Part shown: positions 8,365 to 18,551 of the stretch, piece by piece
Position numbering within the stretch: the first letter of the stretch is position 1
Layout: each line of letters starts with the position of its first letter
Assembly (NCBI GenBank): GCA_003661745.1
Contig: QMWS01000002.1
Span: 1-41,753, forward strand
Origin: Thermoprotei archaeon
GTDB taxonomy: Archaea > Thermoproteota > Thermoprotei_A > Sulfolobales > NBVN01
Direction: 5' to 3'
Length of the DNA: 41,753 nucleotides
Notes under the pieces: model-generated
Seen by the model: the letters and a program-made list of their open reading frames with translations, nothing else
Told to the model about the DNA's origin: nothing
Database searches by the model: none
Translations under genes and position numbers: made by a program

Positions 8365-10380
8365 TTACCATTCAGCGGCTACGATCGCATCCCACTCGCC
8401 TTCTCGGCAGTACAGCCAGCCCAGCGCGAATCCCTGCGCGGCATACACGACCTGGTTGATCGTCACACGGTGCTCCGTCGTCACCGGCACGCCGAGTTCG
8501 AGGGCCCTGGCCCGCTTCGGAAACGCCGCCTCAGGGTTGTACGGGACTCCGCCCGGATAGAGATGGTTCCAGAGGTAGTTGCGGATGTTCTCTACGACAT
8601 CGCCTACCAGGTCGTGCTCGGGTTCCACCACCAGTGCGAATTCCACGTCCACATGGTAGTGGTCTGTACCCACCAGCATGCCCAGGCCGTAGACGGCGTC
8701 AGATGGTGTAGAAGGGCTGATGACCCACGTCGCGTGCGGCCCTGGTTCACCAGGGTCGTGGTACGCGCCCGTCCCCATGCCCGGGCCGACCTCGCCGTTG
8801 CTATTGGTATACGCGACCAGGTAATTCGGCTCCCAATCGAATGCCGTCGGGCTCGGGTTCTCCTGCGGCGCGTCGGGCCAGTGCCATGCCACAGCCCGTC
8901 CCACGTCTGGTTCCCCGTTCGAAGTGACCCGGATGATCTCAGCAGCGTCCCCACGCTTTTCGCGTATCGCTACCAGCCTGAAGACCTCGTGGTCAGGGTC
9001 TGCCTCAGCCCTGCGGATCTCAATTCCGTATGTAGCTTGCAGCTCCTCGAGGGCCACTTCGTTTCCTTGCCAGTCATATGCTTTCACCTGCACTTGTGTC
9101 TCTCCTATCGGATCTGTGATTGGCAAATCTGCCCCGCGCACATACATCGCGAGCTCCCGTTCTATCCCGCTGCCGACGACGTCGAACCCCCGCTGCCGCC
9201 AGTCGTGCGCGGCGCCCGTCTCGAAAATCGCCGCGCAAAGCACCTGGGGATCTTGCTGCAATTGGCTGTCGTACCACTTCAGCCACTCCAGGTACCTGCG
9301 CTCGTCGCCGAACTTACGAAACCCTGCGTGCGGCCCGCCATCGGCCGCCGCCCTGTCCCAACCGACCTCAGTGATGAGGATCGGCGGCACTCGCGGGAAC
9401 CCCTTCAGAGTCTCTAGCGCACGCCTGTAGCGCAGCGTCCGCCAGCCGTCGTCGGGCAGGGACGGCCACCAATATTCGTGGAGCCCTAAATAATCCCCCT
9501 GGATTAGTGCATCCTTGTAATAATCCCAGTGCTCCAGACGTGGCCAGCCGACAGAGAAATTCCCGACCACGACCTTGAAGCCCGCCGCGTGGAATAGCTC
9601 GCATAGCCGCGCTTCGAAGTCGTTGAGACTTCGCATATCGCTTTCAGTCCACGGGATGAATTCGTTGACGCTCTCTACGATGTTGGTGATGTGCCGCCAT
9701 CGCTCGTACGCGCGGATCGTGTGCTCGAAGAAGTGCACCGCTCCAGCCTCGCCCTGACGCACCCAGTCGTCGCGGCTATCGTCAGTCCACTCGCGTCGCC
9801 AGACCAGCGGTCGCGGCCTCCCCGCGGCATCGTAGTGTGCCAGTAGGGCCTGGACGGCGCCGGGTGACACGTTACCCATGACCTTCATCGCCGGATATAG
9901 CGCCTGCTGGAGATGGGCCGTGGCTTGTGGATACGCCTCCTGCACGTGCGCGCCAAGCTTCGTTTGGATAGTCTGCATCAAGAACTCCTCCTCGGCCAGT
10001 TCGCGATATTTACGCAGGAACGGTTGCCAGTATATGCGGTCGAACGCGTCGTCACCAGCGCTCCGCCAACCGCCGCTGTAGTCCTTCACAGCCGACCGCA
10101 GGTCGTCGCGACGGTGGTCAAGGCACTGCCGTAGGATGCGCGCGCTCCAGTCGGCGTTGACCGCGGGATCCAGCAGCTCCTCGCTGTTCGGGCGGTCTGA
10201 GAACGCTCCGCCGTAATCGCTCGGAATGACCTGCCCAAGGCCGGTGGCCAGCGTGTGTGGGTTCACCGCCCGTGCATCCCACCGGCTCTCGATCCACCAA
10301 AGTGCCAGCAGCACCAACGGCCCGACCTGGTGCGTCCGCGCCGCCCCCTGCGCGATCGGCAGCAGTTGCTCTAGCGTCAT
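8365..10380 (-). CDS. Modular endolysin: lytic transglycosylase (SLT) domain, glycoside hydrolase-like domain and C-terminal domains
   Basis: IESRW, GLGQ, DPAVN and DYSGG match SLT motifs. Middle domain has SVNEF, GLHEYW and ILITEVG (clan GH-A-like). Located after the tail genes. Confidence 0.75.
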   Translation of the reverse strand: MTLEQLLPIAQGAARTHQVGPLVLLALWWIESRWDARAVNPHTLATGLGQVIPSDYGGAFSDRPNSEELLDPAVNADWSARILRQCLDHRRDDLRSAVKDYSGGWRSAGDDAFDRIYWQPFLRKYRELAEEEFLMQTIQTKLGAHVQEAYPQATAHLQQALYPAMKVMGNVSPGAVQALLAHYDAAGRPRPLVWRREWTDDSRDDWVRQGEAGAVHFFEHTIRAYERWRHITNIVESVNEFIPWTESDMRSLNDFEARLCELFHAAGFKVVVGNFSVGWPRLEHWDYYKDALIQGDYLGLHEYWWPSLPDDGWRTLRYRRALETLKGFPRVPPILITEVGWDRAAADGGPHAGFRKFGDERRYLEWLKWYDSQLQQDPQVLCAAIFETGAAHDWRQRGFDVVGSGIERELAMYVRGADLPITDPIGETQVQVKAYDWQGNEVALEELQATYGIEIRRAEADPDHEVFRLVAIREKRGDAAEIIRVTSNGEPDVGRAVAWHWPDAPQENPSPTAFDWEPNYLVAYTNSNGEVGPGMGTGAYHDPGEPGPHATWVISPSTPSDAVYGLGMLVGTDHYHVDVEFALVVEPEHDLVGDVVENIRNYLWNHLYPGGVPYNPEAAFPKRARALELGVPVTTEHRVTINQVVYAAQGFALGWLYCREGEWDAIVAAEW

Positions 10381-10721
10381 TCGTCAGCCTCGTCGTCTTC
10401 TAGCTTAATCCCCAGCTGCTCGCAGAGATCAAGCACCTCGCGGCCGGACGCGGCGGGCCAGTCCTGCTTGGCCTCGACTCTCTGCTTGAGGAACGCGGCC
10501 AGATTGCGATCTTTGACCTCGATGTCCCATCTCTTGTTAGGATCGTTCCAGGTGAATCCTGTCGGAGTCGACCGCAGGCCGACCTCCTCCTGCTCGTCTT
10601 CGCTCATTTCGAGCAAGTCAATTAGCTTCAACGCCTTGTTGATCGTCCGCAGGTCGCCTTGGACAGAGTTCACAAGCATGAGCAGTTGCAACCGCTGCCA
10701 TGTCGTTAGATTGAGCTTCAT
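10377..10721 (-). CDS. Hypothetical protein (tail-associated position)
   Basis: 114-aa ORF with GGAGG RBS and ATGA overlap with the endolysin. Confidence 0.7.
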   Translation of the reverse strand: MKLNLTTWQRLQLLMLVNSVQGDLRTINKALKLIDLLEMSEDEQEEVGLRSTPTGFTWNDPNKRWDIEVKDRNLAAFLKQRVEAKQDWPAASGREVLDLCEQLGIKLEDDEADE

Positions 10722-10757
10722 CTCTACCTCCCTTGTGTGTATCGTTACAACAGCTGA

Positions 10758-13700
10758 TTAGCTGGCTGCTGCTAATCCGTGATGCTTTAGACATTCATTG
10801 ATTTGGCTGAGAAGTCGCCTTTCCTCATCACCATAAGTAGTATCAGGCTCTATGTCAAAGGCGCTATTTACATAGCGGCCATATACTACTCTGACACCAT
10901 TTACAAAATAAGCCCCTGAGCAATTGACATTACCGCTTACATCCAGCTGATGCTCGGGATCGAAATTACCGATACCAACCTTGCCGTTGAGAGTCATATA
11001 GATAGCGGTCTTGTCTATATCAGCTCCGGTTGCTACTATAATCCTACCCACATACGGTGCGCCGTGCGGAGCCTCTAGCCGGATGCTCCCTATTCCGTCT
11101 CTCTTTGCTCGTATCCTTGTCACAGCGTTTTTCCATACATCCAAATCCACGGCTGGAGAATATGTCCCAACACCGACATGTCCATCAGGATCGATGAATA
11201 AGGCGTCACTGCTTCCGTCATTTGTCAGCATGCGGATGTCATCTGCTTCTAAGGTCAGACGCCCATAGTTCAATCCCTTTTTGACCTTGATTGTCAGATA
11301 TCCCTCGCCTCCGGCGGGCCCACTGCTCTGAGCTATGTAGGCGACGGCATCGTCAAGAATATCCGAACCCCACTTGATCGCTCGGACATCATTGAACCCC
11401 CAGCCTGCTTGTAGCTTAATGCCCTTGGAATTCAGTTCGACTGCGCCTCCTCCTGCCATAGCCTTGCCAGTGGTGGCTTCGATGTAGAACTCTTTGGTGG
11501 TGGCGTCGCTGTAACCAGCAAGTTCACTGCTGCTTATTTCGATACGCGCTCCTCCAGGAATACCGACTGTAAGCTGACCATCGCAGGGATAGAATTCAAC
11601 ATCGTCAAAATACACAGTGGCCGCGTTGTCAGAGTCAATGTTCAAGGCAACTCTCGCGTAGCGTACTCCGTTGGGAGCAGTCGTTACTACCTCTTTTTTC
11701 TCCCAAGAGGTGCTGGCTGGAGAGACAATAGTCAGACTACCAATGACGGAACCAACGCGGTCATACCACTTTACACGGGCCCCCGCACCGCCCGTTCCAG
11801 TGCTATTCCTCACCCAAGCTGCTAAGTAGTAATTGCGACCCTCTTCTACGTAGATTGGTAAGGTATCTACTACTTCATAGCCGTTGACACCATCACCAGT
11901 AGCCTTTAGGCTATATCCGCCAGAGTGAGCTACTGTGTCATCAACCGTGGGAGTAAGTTCACGAATTCTCCACTCTGTTGTATCTCCTGTTTCGAATCCC
12001 GAGTTGGCTACAGCATTATGGCCACGCACGTTGATCTTGTTAGCAGTGATCGAGTGGGCATATATCTTGCCACCATCTATAAGGGTATAATCCTCGCTGT
12101 GTCGCCAATCGTCCGGTGACGTTGAACCTGAGATCAAGATGCGACCAGGTTCGATTAGAGTGGACGCTAAGTTGATCTTGTCTACAACCGTGTCAGCATC
12201 GACATTGCTCATGTCGGTTTTGGCTGCATCACCGCCGGTGACATATATCTGGCCCTGGACGATAAGAGCTGAACCGTTCCATTCGATCCGGTTGTCCCCG
12301 CTAGCATTGCCGAACCAGAAAGTTCCATCGGATGCGATATTGACCCGTTGAGTTGTGGCATCATATGCTTTGAGGCCATCATTGTCGATCTCGACTCGTG
12401 CACCGCCAGGAGAACCTACTAGTATTCGTCCATCTGCTAAATAGAACTCAGCGTCGTCGAAGTAGACGTTTGCGGTGTTCCCCGCCCGAATAGTCAGAAC
12501 AAACCATGCAGTTGTTGCTCCTGTGGGAGCTGTAACAACTGCTTCTTTTTTTGTCCAGGATGTTGAAGCACCGCTATAAGCTTGAGAGTAACTAATTACG
12601 GAGCCATCCTTGTCTCGCCATGTGATATAGCAACCCGCACTACCAGTTCCGGTGCTGTTGCGCACCCAAACACCGAAGTAGTACTTGCGTCCTTCTTCTA
12701 CTGCGAAACCTGTCTGTCTCGCTGGTATCACCTCAGAACCAGAGCTTCCCGTCGCTACTATCGAGTATTTACCGTTGTGAGGATTATACGTAGCGATACT
12801 ACCGGCTAGAGGATCCCAGGACGAGAGATCGCCGGTTTCGAATCCAGGATTTCCGAGCCAGTTTGCTCCATGAGCCAATAGAGCACTGGCTGTCACGGTG
12901 TTCGCATAGATATCTCCACCGTCAATCTTCGTAGTGTCGGTGGGATAAGCCCAGCCCGCCATGTCGTCCGCTGGCACGTCGTCGCTTCCGATGTAGACCA
13001 CGCCGTTGGCGTCAACTCTGAACCGTGGGTCGCTGGAGTTTGGCCCTAGCCAGAACAGAATGTCGCTACCTGACGCTGTTGGTAGCACCTCGCCTCGCAC
13101 GTTATCAGATGCGTCCACCCACTGCTGTTTGAGCCCGTGTATAATGGCGTTCTGGTCACTCAACAAGACATAATGGTCACTGTCCTTACCTGCCCAAAGA
13201 CCGTACTGCGCGCCGAGACCAGCCAGACCGTCTAGCTGCCCCAGACGCACGTGCGCCGTGTGGTTGGCGCCCGTGAATGGATCTGCTCCCTCCCAACTAA
13301 CCACGTCCAGGTACGGCGCGTAGTTGAGGTCAGCAGTGGCGAGCAAATAGCCCTGCCCGCTCTGGCCGTAGTCCGCCACCGCTACGCCCGCTTGGATCGT
13401 CACGCCTACGGAGCCGCTCTTGTGCGTGTACGTGTACCGCTGAGTGCCATCGCCCATGTCCGTCGGGTTGGTGACAACGCCCCACACGTCATACACGCCG
13501 TTGACGTACTCGCTCTTGATACGCACCCAATCGTTAGCGCTAAACAGGAAGCCGCCACCAGGTGGGTCGGTGATGTAGATGTAGGTGGTTCCATCGACCG
13601 CCGGCGTGGTGAAGTCCGCCGCCAGCTTGCCGCTGCTCTTGAAGATGCCCAACGTGCCTGCGTGCGCTTCTATCAGGTCTTTGACGAATACCGTGCAGTG

Positions 13701-15320
13701 CAGTTCGCCACGGATCCATGCGTTAGCGAATTCAACGTCGCCGTCGTGTGCAATCTGCCAGCCCTTGATCCCACTTTGGAAGTTAGCCGATTCGAGATCC
13801 CCCGCCTCGTTCACCTGGATCAGCGCGGTGCCGCCCTCGTCCTGCACCTCCCAGAGATTGGCAGTCTGGCTTCCGCTATTGCGCCGAACTGTGATGCCCT
13901 TGCGATCGTCGGCGCCAGTCCTCACGCCCAGGGCACCGTAGGTGCTTAGATCAGTACCAGCGTTGATACCGACCTTGTCGGCCGATGCGTCTACGAACAG
14001 CGTGTCCGTATCTACTGCAAGATCGTCATCCACCACGAGCGCGCCAGGCGTCCTCAGGATATTCGCTGCACTTCGATACAGCTGGGCATCTCCGCCGAGG
14101 AGGATGCCAGCGGCACTCCCCTGCGCAGGAAGTCTGAGCTGGCGGTTCGCGGTCAGCTCGAGGGCCGTGGCCCAGCTGCTGCCGTCATATGCCTCGATTG
14201 CGAAAGTCCGACCGGCGGCCGCGGCATTCGTGTAGTAGACAATGTTGACATTCCCACCATCGGTGGCGTGGTCGCCGCCGTAAAGCTCGATGTAGCCGCC
14301 GACCTGGTTGAAGCCGCCGAAGATCGAGATCGCCGACGCCGCGTCGCCGGACATGATTGTATCGACGGTCAAGTCCTGGTCTACTACGAGTGAATCCGGC
14401 GTCCTCAAGACGTTCGATGCGTCTCGATAGAGCTGAGTGTCTCCGCCGATGAACAGGCCATTGCTCGAACCCTGACCAGATATGCTGATAGTGCTGGTGG
14501 CTACCAGGTCTGGCAGGTTCAACGTCCCCGTCATTGTGTCGCCGGATTTTCTGACGAACAGATGCGAGAACGCCGCCGCGGCCACACGGAGTGCTACCCT
14601 GCTGTTGTAATCGCCCTCGCAGTAGAGTGTGACGGTAACATCGTTCCCAGAACCAGACACGTTCGCAAACAGCTTCAAGATCAGCCGATCGGACGTGTCG
14701 AGGTCAATGTCATTGGACACCGATGCGCTAAGAACCAGCTGGCTCAACGAGGATGAAAGTTCGTTGCTCTCCTCGCTGGTCATCAGTAAGGTCTCTGAGC
14801 CGAGCGCGTTGCGCTTATAAAGCTGCCAGTACAGCCTCGCGGTCTTGTTGCCTGATGCGAGCGCGAAGAACGTAGCGGTGTAGACGCCCAGGGACAAGAA
14901 CTCCAGTGACGGCTGCTCGCTCTCGGTGGCGAACGACCAGAGAAGTTGACCATCGCCGACCCCCAGCGGGCTGGAGACGAGGGTAGAAGCACTCTCGCCC
15001 GTCTCCTCGGGGAAGAGTGTGTAGTAGCCGCCGATATCGGAGCCGTTGTCTGATAAGAAGAAAGCCCAAGTAGATGCCGCGACCCCAATGTCAACATAGT
15101 TCTTCGTCGCGGCGTCCTGGTCTGCCTCGGGATCTTCCAAGTCTGTGATCTTGTGATCGCCCATTGAGAGATCGTCGGTCATCGGATCATTGCTGGCATC
15201 GAGCTTCAGATACGTACCGCTGAGATCCGGAATGTCCGATGTGGTGATGGTAGATATTATCTCAGTAGAGCTCTCCGTGATGGGCAGGTCGATCTCGCGT
15301 GGAGTTCTGCTCTTAGGCAT
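10758..15320 (-). CDS. Large tail fibre / receptor-binding protein with two carbohydrate-binding-like modules
   Basis: 1520 aa. DAATKNYVD, KVGIN/HVGVGT/KVGIGN fibre motifs, GWQIAHDGDVEF, and two N.GFETGD...YFDD.EFY modules. Confidence 0.8.
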   Translation of the reverse strand: MPKSRTPREIDLPITESSTEIISTITTSDIPDLSGTYLKLDASNDPMTDDLSMGDHKITDLEDPEADQDAATKNYVDIGVAASTWAFFLSDNGSDIGGYYTLFPEETGESASTLVSSPLGVGDGQLLWSFATESEQPSLEFLSLGVYTATFFALASGNKTARLYWQLYKRNALGSETLLMTSEESNELSSSLSQLVLSASVSNDIDLDTSDRLILKLFANVSGSGNDVTVTLYCEGDYNSRVALRVAAAAFSHLFVRKSGDTMTGTLNLPDLVATSTISISGQGSSNGLFIGGDTQLYRDASNVLRTPDSLVVDQDLTVDTIMSGDAASAISIFGGFNQVGGYIELYGGDHATDGGNVNIVYYTNAAAAGRTFAIEAYDGSSWATALELTANRQLRLPAQGSAAGILLGGDAQLYRSAANILRTPGALVVDDDLAVDTDTLFVDASADKVGINAGTDLSTYGALGVRTGADDRKGITVRRNSGSQTANLWEVQDEGGTALIQVNEAGDLESANFQSGIKGWQIAHDGDVEFANAWIRGELHCTVFVKDLIEAHAGTLGIFKSSGKLAADFTTPAVDGTTYIYITDPPGGGFLFSANDWVRIKSEYVNGVYDVWGVVTNPTDMGDGTQRYTYTHKSGSVGVTIQAGVAVADYGQSGQGYLLATADLNYAPYLDVVSWEGADPFTGANHTAHVRLGQLDGLAGLGAQYGLWAGKDSDHYVLLSDQNAIIHGLKQQWVDASDNVRGEVLPTASGSDILFWLGPNSSDPRFRVDANGVVYIGSDDVPADDMAGWAYPTDTTKIDGGDIYANTVTASALLAHGANWLGNPGFETGDLSSWDPLAGSIATYNPHNGKYSIVATGSSGSEVIPARQTGFAVEEGRKYYFGVWVRNSTGTGSAGCYITWRDKDGSVISYSQAYSGASTSWTKKEAVVTAPTGATTAWFVLTIRAGNTANVYFDDAEFYLADGRILVGSPGGARVEIDNDGLKAYDATTQRVNIASDGTFWFGNASGDNRIEWNGSALIVQGQIYVTGGDAAKTDMSNVDADTVVDKINLASTLIEPGRILISGSTSPDDWRHSEDYTLIDGGKIYAHSITANKINVRGHNAVANSGFETGDTTEWRIRELTPTVDDTVAHSGGYSLKATGDGVNGYEVVDTLPIYVEEGRNYYLAAWVRNSTGTGGAGARVKWYDRVGSVIGSLTIVSPASTSWEKKEVVTTAPNGVRYARVALNIDSDNAATVYFDDVEFYPCDGQLTVGIPGGARIEISSSELAGYSDATTKEFYIEATTGKAMAGGGAVELNSKGIKLQAGWGFNDVRAIKWGSDILDDAVAYIAQSSGPAGGEGYLTIKVKKGLNYGRLTLEADDIRMLTNDGSSDALFIDPDGHVGVGTYSPAVDLDVWKNAVTRIRAKRDGIGSIRLEAPHGAPYVGRIIVATGADIDKTAIYMTLNGKVGIGNFDPEHQLDVSGNVNCSGAYFVNGVRVVYGRYVNSAFDIEPDTTYGDEERRLLSQINECLKHHGLAAAS

Positions 15321-16716
15321 CGTAGTCCTCGTACGCGCACATTATCCAATTCTCATTCTCGTCCTGAATCTCATATTCCATTCCGTAGCTCAGCCAGGAT
15401 ATTTTGTCGAGATCTATCACGCTCGCCTCCCCGTCCGTGTCCGGGAGCCGATATGACAGGCTGCCATCGGCGCTCATTAGCGGGACGGCGCCCTGGCTTC
15501 GATAGCGCAAGTAACGCCATCGGTGAGTGAGCCGAACTCGGTAGTGATGCACCCCCCGCATGTAGGCCGAGTACCCGATATCTGGGTCACCAGGTGGCGC
15601 CGGACGCAGCAGTTGGTGCGGCTGGAAGTGATGTATCATCCACAGGGGACTCTCGCGGGAAGCATCCGGGTAGCAGTCGCTAAGGCTCCCCGCGATCACG
15701 TTCAGAGGTGCCGCCGCCAGCCGGTCGCCGTGCGCGAACGTTGCAGGGACGTGCGTCCGAGTCTCCGAGTCCAGGTCGTGGATATAGATCGTGTTGATCC
15801 CCACGAACGGCCCGTCCGGATAGATCCCCAGCTCAATCTGATAGCGCTCTCCTACGGTCAGCCCGTAAGCAGACAGATCGATGTCCCCGGAATAATCCCC
15901 GTCGGCGACGAAGTCCGCGAGCGGATTGCCCCCATTGAGTCGGCTATACCCCGTCACTGGGTATTTCTCCTCGTTCAGGAAGATCCTCACAAGATCCCCC
16001 GCCTCCATGCCCCACGTAGACAGGTTGTAATGGAGCGCCTTGCGCCCGTCGTAGACGAAACTCCATCGGAATAACGGCTCATAAGCATCTGGTTGCTCGT
16101 GATTGACCGTCCCGACAATGCTCCCGTAAGCGGGCTGCTTCGCGCGATCGTACAGATACTCCGACATCTGCTTCAGCGCGTTGAAGTCCGCTGCCGTCGG
16201 CTCGTTCCCGACCCCATCTGCGAACAGAGGGACGGAGCCTGGCCACGCGGTCAGGCCCACCTCGCCCTTCATCCAGGCCCGCGCGACGAGGGTGCACTCG
16301 CCCCCGCCAACGTAGAACCGTAACCGTAAGATGCCGTCCGACGGCAGGTCGAGGCCGGAGCAATCGAATTCGTTGTTCTCGACTCCGTTGAACCACCGAT
16401 CCCCGGCGTTCCCGTCCGACGCGATGGTCGTCCAGTTTCCTGAGCTGTTTACATACTCAAGATACGCCGCGCCGGATTCCCCCAAGTTGATCCGCGCGGA
16501 GAATACCAGCGTCGGATGCTCCGAGCGGTATTTCGTTTCACCAGCCCAGACCGTCGCGGGCGAGTACCAGCTCCATGTCTGGCGTTGCAGATACTGGATC
16601 GCGTGCGCCTGGCCGTATATCCAGTTCGCGCGCCTGGTCAAGGCGTTCAGCCACGTTGACGCCCCAAGGAATTCTCCATCGGTTAATTCGCGTAGTCCTG
16701 GCCACGCATGCAGCAT
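15313..16716 (-). CDS. Minor tail protein (putative)
   Basis: Beta-rich ORF between tail-tip and fibre genes; ATG at 16716 overlaps the upstream TGA (TGATG). Confidence 0.6.
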   Translation of the reverse strand: MLHAWPGLRELTDGEFLGASTWLNALTRRANWIYGQAHAIQYLQRQTWSWYSPATVWAGETKYRSEHPTLVFSARINLGESGAAYLEYVNSSGNWTTIASDGNAGDRWFNGVENNEFDCSGLDLPSDGILRLRFYVGGGECTLVARAWMKGEVGLTAWPGSVPLFADGVGNEPTAADFNALKQMSEYLYDRAKQPAYGSIVGTVNHEQPDAYEPLFRWSFVYDGRKALHYNLSTWGMEAGDLVRIFLNEEKYPVTGYSRLNGGNPLADFVADGDYSGDIDLSAYGLTVGERYQIELGIYPDGPFVGINTIYIHDLDSETRTHVPATFAHGDRLAAAPLNVIAGSLSDCYPDASRESPLWMIHHFQPHQLLRPAPPGDPDIGYSAYMRGVHHYRVRLTHRWRYLRYRSQGAVPLMSADGSLSYRLPDTDGEASVIDLDKISWLSYGMEYEIQDENENWIMCAYEDYDA

Positions 16717-18173
16717 CAGTAGACGCACCTCCCACCATCAGCGGTGCTCAGATGGCTGGTTCCGATGAGGAAGTATTCCGAATCCGCGTGCTCGTAGAAA
16801 TACGAGTAGTCTACCGCTGTTACATCCATGACCAGCGGGATCATTCCAGAGATGCTTATGCCGATTACGACCGCCGTCGTGTTCACGCCAGTCTGCGCGC
16901 CCGAGACCGATATCTTATCCCCGAGCTCAAGATTCGGGTTACACGGCAGACCCCGCAATCTTAGCACCATTGGCGGCGTAGAGAGTCGGTATTGGATAAG
17001 ATCCGCGAGGAGCCGTGCCTGCTCCGGTGTCTGGACGTACCAGTTGCCTCGGGTGCTGAGCTCCTTAGCGTCCGCCGATCCGGAGACGCTATTCGGATCT
17101 GCCGTATACGACTCGCTGGGACGGCCGACGAGCGCCCGGCCGGTGACGTTGAATTTCGTAATGAACGCCTCGTGCCGAGTGTTGTTGTTCGTAAATTCGA
17201 TCTCCCACGTCTGCGCCGACGCGGGACTGGCTGGGCTGATGCTCACGTCCGCCGAGATGTCCTCGCCCCCGCCAGTCACCGCGGCCATCTCGTACCCAGT
17301 GAACTCGGTTAGCGGGAACCTGAATGTCAGCGTTTCCGAACGGCTCTCCCCAGGCGGGATATGCAGCGCGCGGTGGAGTTGGTAAACAACCGCCGCCGCC
17401 GCCTCCTGTCGTGGCTCGTATTCCACGGTGACGACGTTGTATGTGCTGAAATAGTCGCGCTCCGGCACCAGTTCCTGGTAGAAGTCACCGTCCCATGAAT
17501 AGACGACGCTCTCCGTGAGCCAGTGCGTGTATGCCCAGAACCGTATACTGCCGCTCTTGTCCGTGAAGAGTACCCCCGCCTCTGACGCCGCCGCCTGGTT
17601 GAGCTCGTCCCACGCGTTGTCCTTCTCCGCGTATGCGTATGGTATGACGCAATGCGATTTCTCCAAGTCCCCCGCGCCCGGAGTGTACCCTGCCGCATTC
17701 AGCAGCGTCTCTATCCAGTCCCTGGTTGTCTGCTGCGTCGCCAGCGACGTCCGCACCGCCTGCCGCGCCACGTCCTCCCCAAGGTCGCGACAGACCAGCG
17801 TCGCCTCCACGGACGTCTCGCTCTCCCGCACGCCCGTGATGCGCCCGACGAATGCGACCGTGAGGTCTGACGAGTATCCCAGGCTAATCCGGATCTTCTT
17901 GTTGAAGATTCCGTATATATTCGCCTGGCTACCAGGCTTCGCTGCGCTATAGCGCCCATCGGCGTTCTGTACCTCTATGCTGGCCGTCCCGATCGGCGCC
18001 TGCCCCAGGCGGCCCAGGCTGCGGAGTGGATTCTGGAGTGAACGATCTATCCTCAGCCCACCGCTCGAAAGCCGCGACGTCTCATCTACCCATCCCGTCA
18101 CATCGCTCCAGTAGATCTCTACCTTAGCCGCCGGCTGTGCGACGTGATCGTCGTATAGCGTGTCAATGCTCAT
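16716..18173 (-). CDS. Tail tip / baseplate hub-like protein
   Basis: Second gene after the tape measure; N.DGRYS, FVGRI, GVLFTDKSGSIRF and NPNLELGDKI patterns. Confidence 0.65.
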   Translation of the reverse strand: MSIDTLYDDHVAQPAAKVEIYWSDVTGWVDETSRLSSGGLRIDRSLQNPLRSLGRLGQAPIGTASIEVQNADGRYSAAKPGSQANIYGIFNKKIRISLGYSSDLTVAFVGRITGVRESETSVEATLVCRDLGEDVARQAVRTSLATQQTTRDWIETLLNAAGYTPGAGDLEKSHCVIPYAYAEKDNAWDELNQAAASEAGVLFTDKSGSIRFWAYTHWLTESVVYSWDGDFYQELVPERDYFSTYNVVTVEYEPRQEAAAAVVYQLHRALHIPPGESRSETLTFRFPLTEFTGYEMAAVTGGGEDISADVSISPASPASAQTWEIEFTNNNTRHEAFITKFNVTGRALVGRPSESYTADPNSVSGSADAKELSTRGNWYVQTPEQARLLADLIQYRLSTPPMVLRLRGLPCNPNLELGDKISVSGAQTGVNTTAVVIGISISGMIPLVMDVTAVDYSYFYEHADSEYFLIGTSHLSTADGGRCVY

Positions 18174-18551
18174 TTACGACGCCGCCTCGATTGCCTCTAT
18201 GGTGAACGTGACCTTGTGCCGCACCACGCCGTCCGCCGTGTACGGCTCGTCTGTCCAATCGTAAACGATGACCGTGTAGGAATCCGTGTCCGTGGTGTCC
18301 CAACTCTCGAATGTAACGCCAGCCGCCGACGCCGCCGCTGCCTCGTACGCATCCAGAAGCGACGCGTAGTCGGAGCCCCCGACGTCGAATGTCGGCTCCC
18401 ACGTCCAGCGCGGCCCCGAACCCAAGGCGTGCTTCCGCGCCACTCCGCTCGCGGAGACGAAGACGCTGTATTGCTGCGCGTCCCGCCGCTCCTTCCCCTC
18501 ATCATCGAGCGGATTTACAAGATTGGTGTACGCCCCAAGTGTCCAACTCAT
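18174..18551 (-). CDS. Distal tail protein-like
   Basis: 125-aa ORF directly after the tape measure; call rests on synteny. Confidence 0.5.
   Translation of the reverse strand: MSWTLGAYTNLVNPLDDEGKERRDAQQYSVFVSASGVARKHALGSGPRWTWEPTFDVGGSDYASLLDAYEAAAASAAGVTFESWDTTDTDSYTVIVYDWTDEPYTADGVVRHKVTFTIEAIEAAS

Noticed and set aside
10758..15320. Diversity-generating retroelement target in the tail fibre
   Set aside because: No reverse transcriptase and no adenine-specific TR/VR pair seen; the internal repeats are diverged protein-domain duplications.
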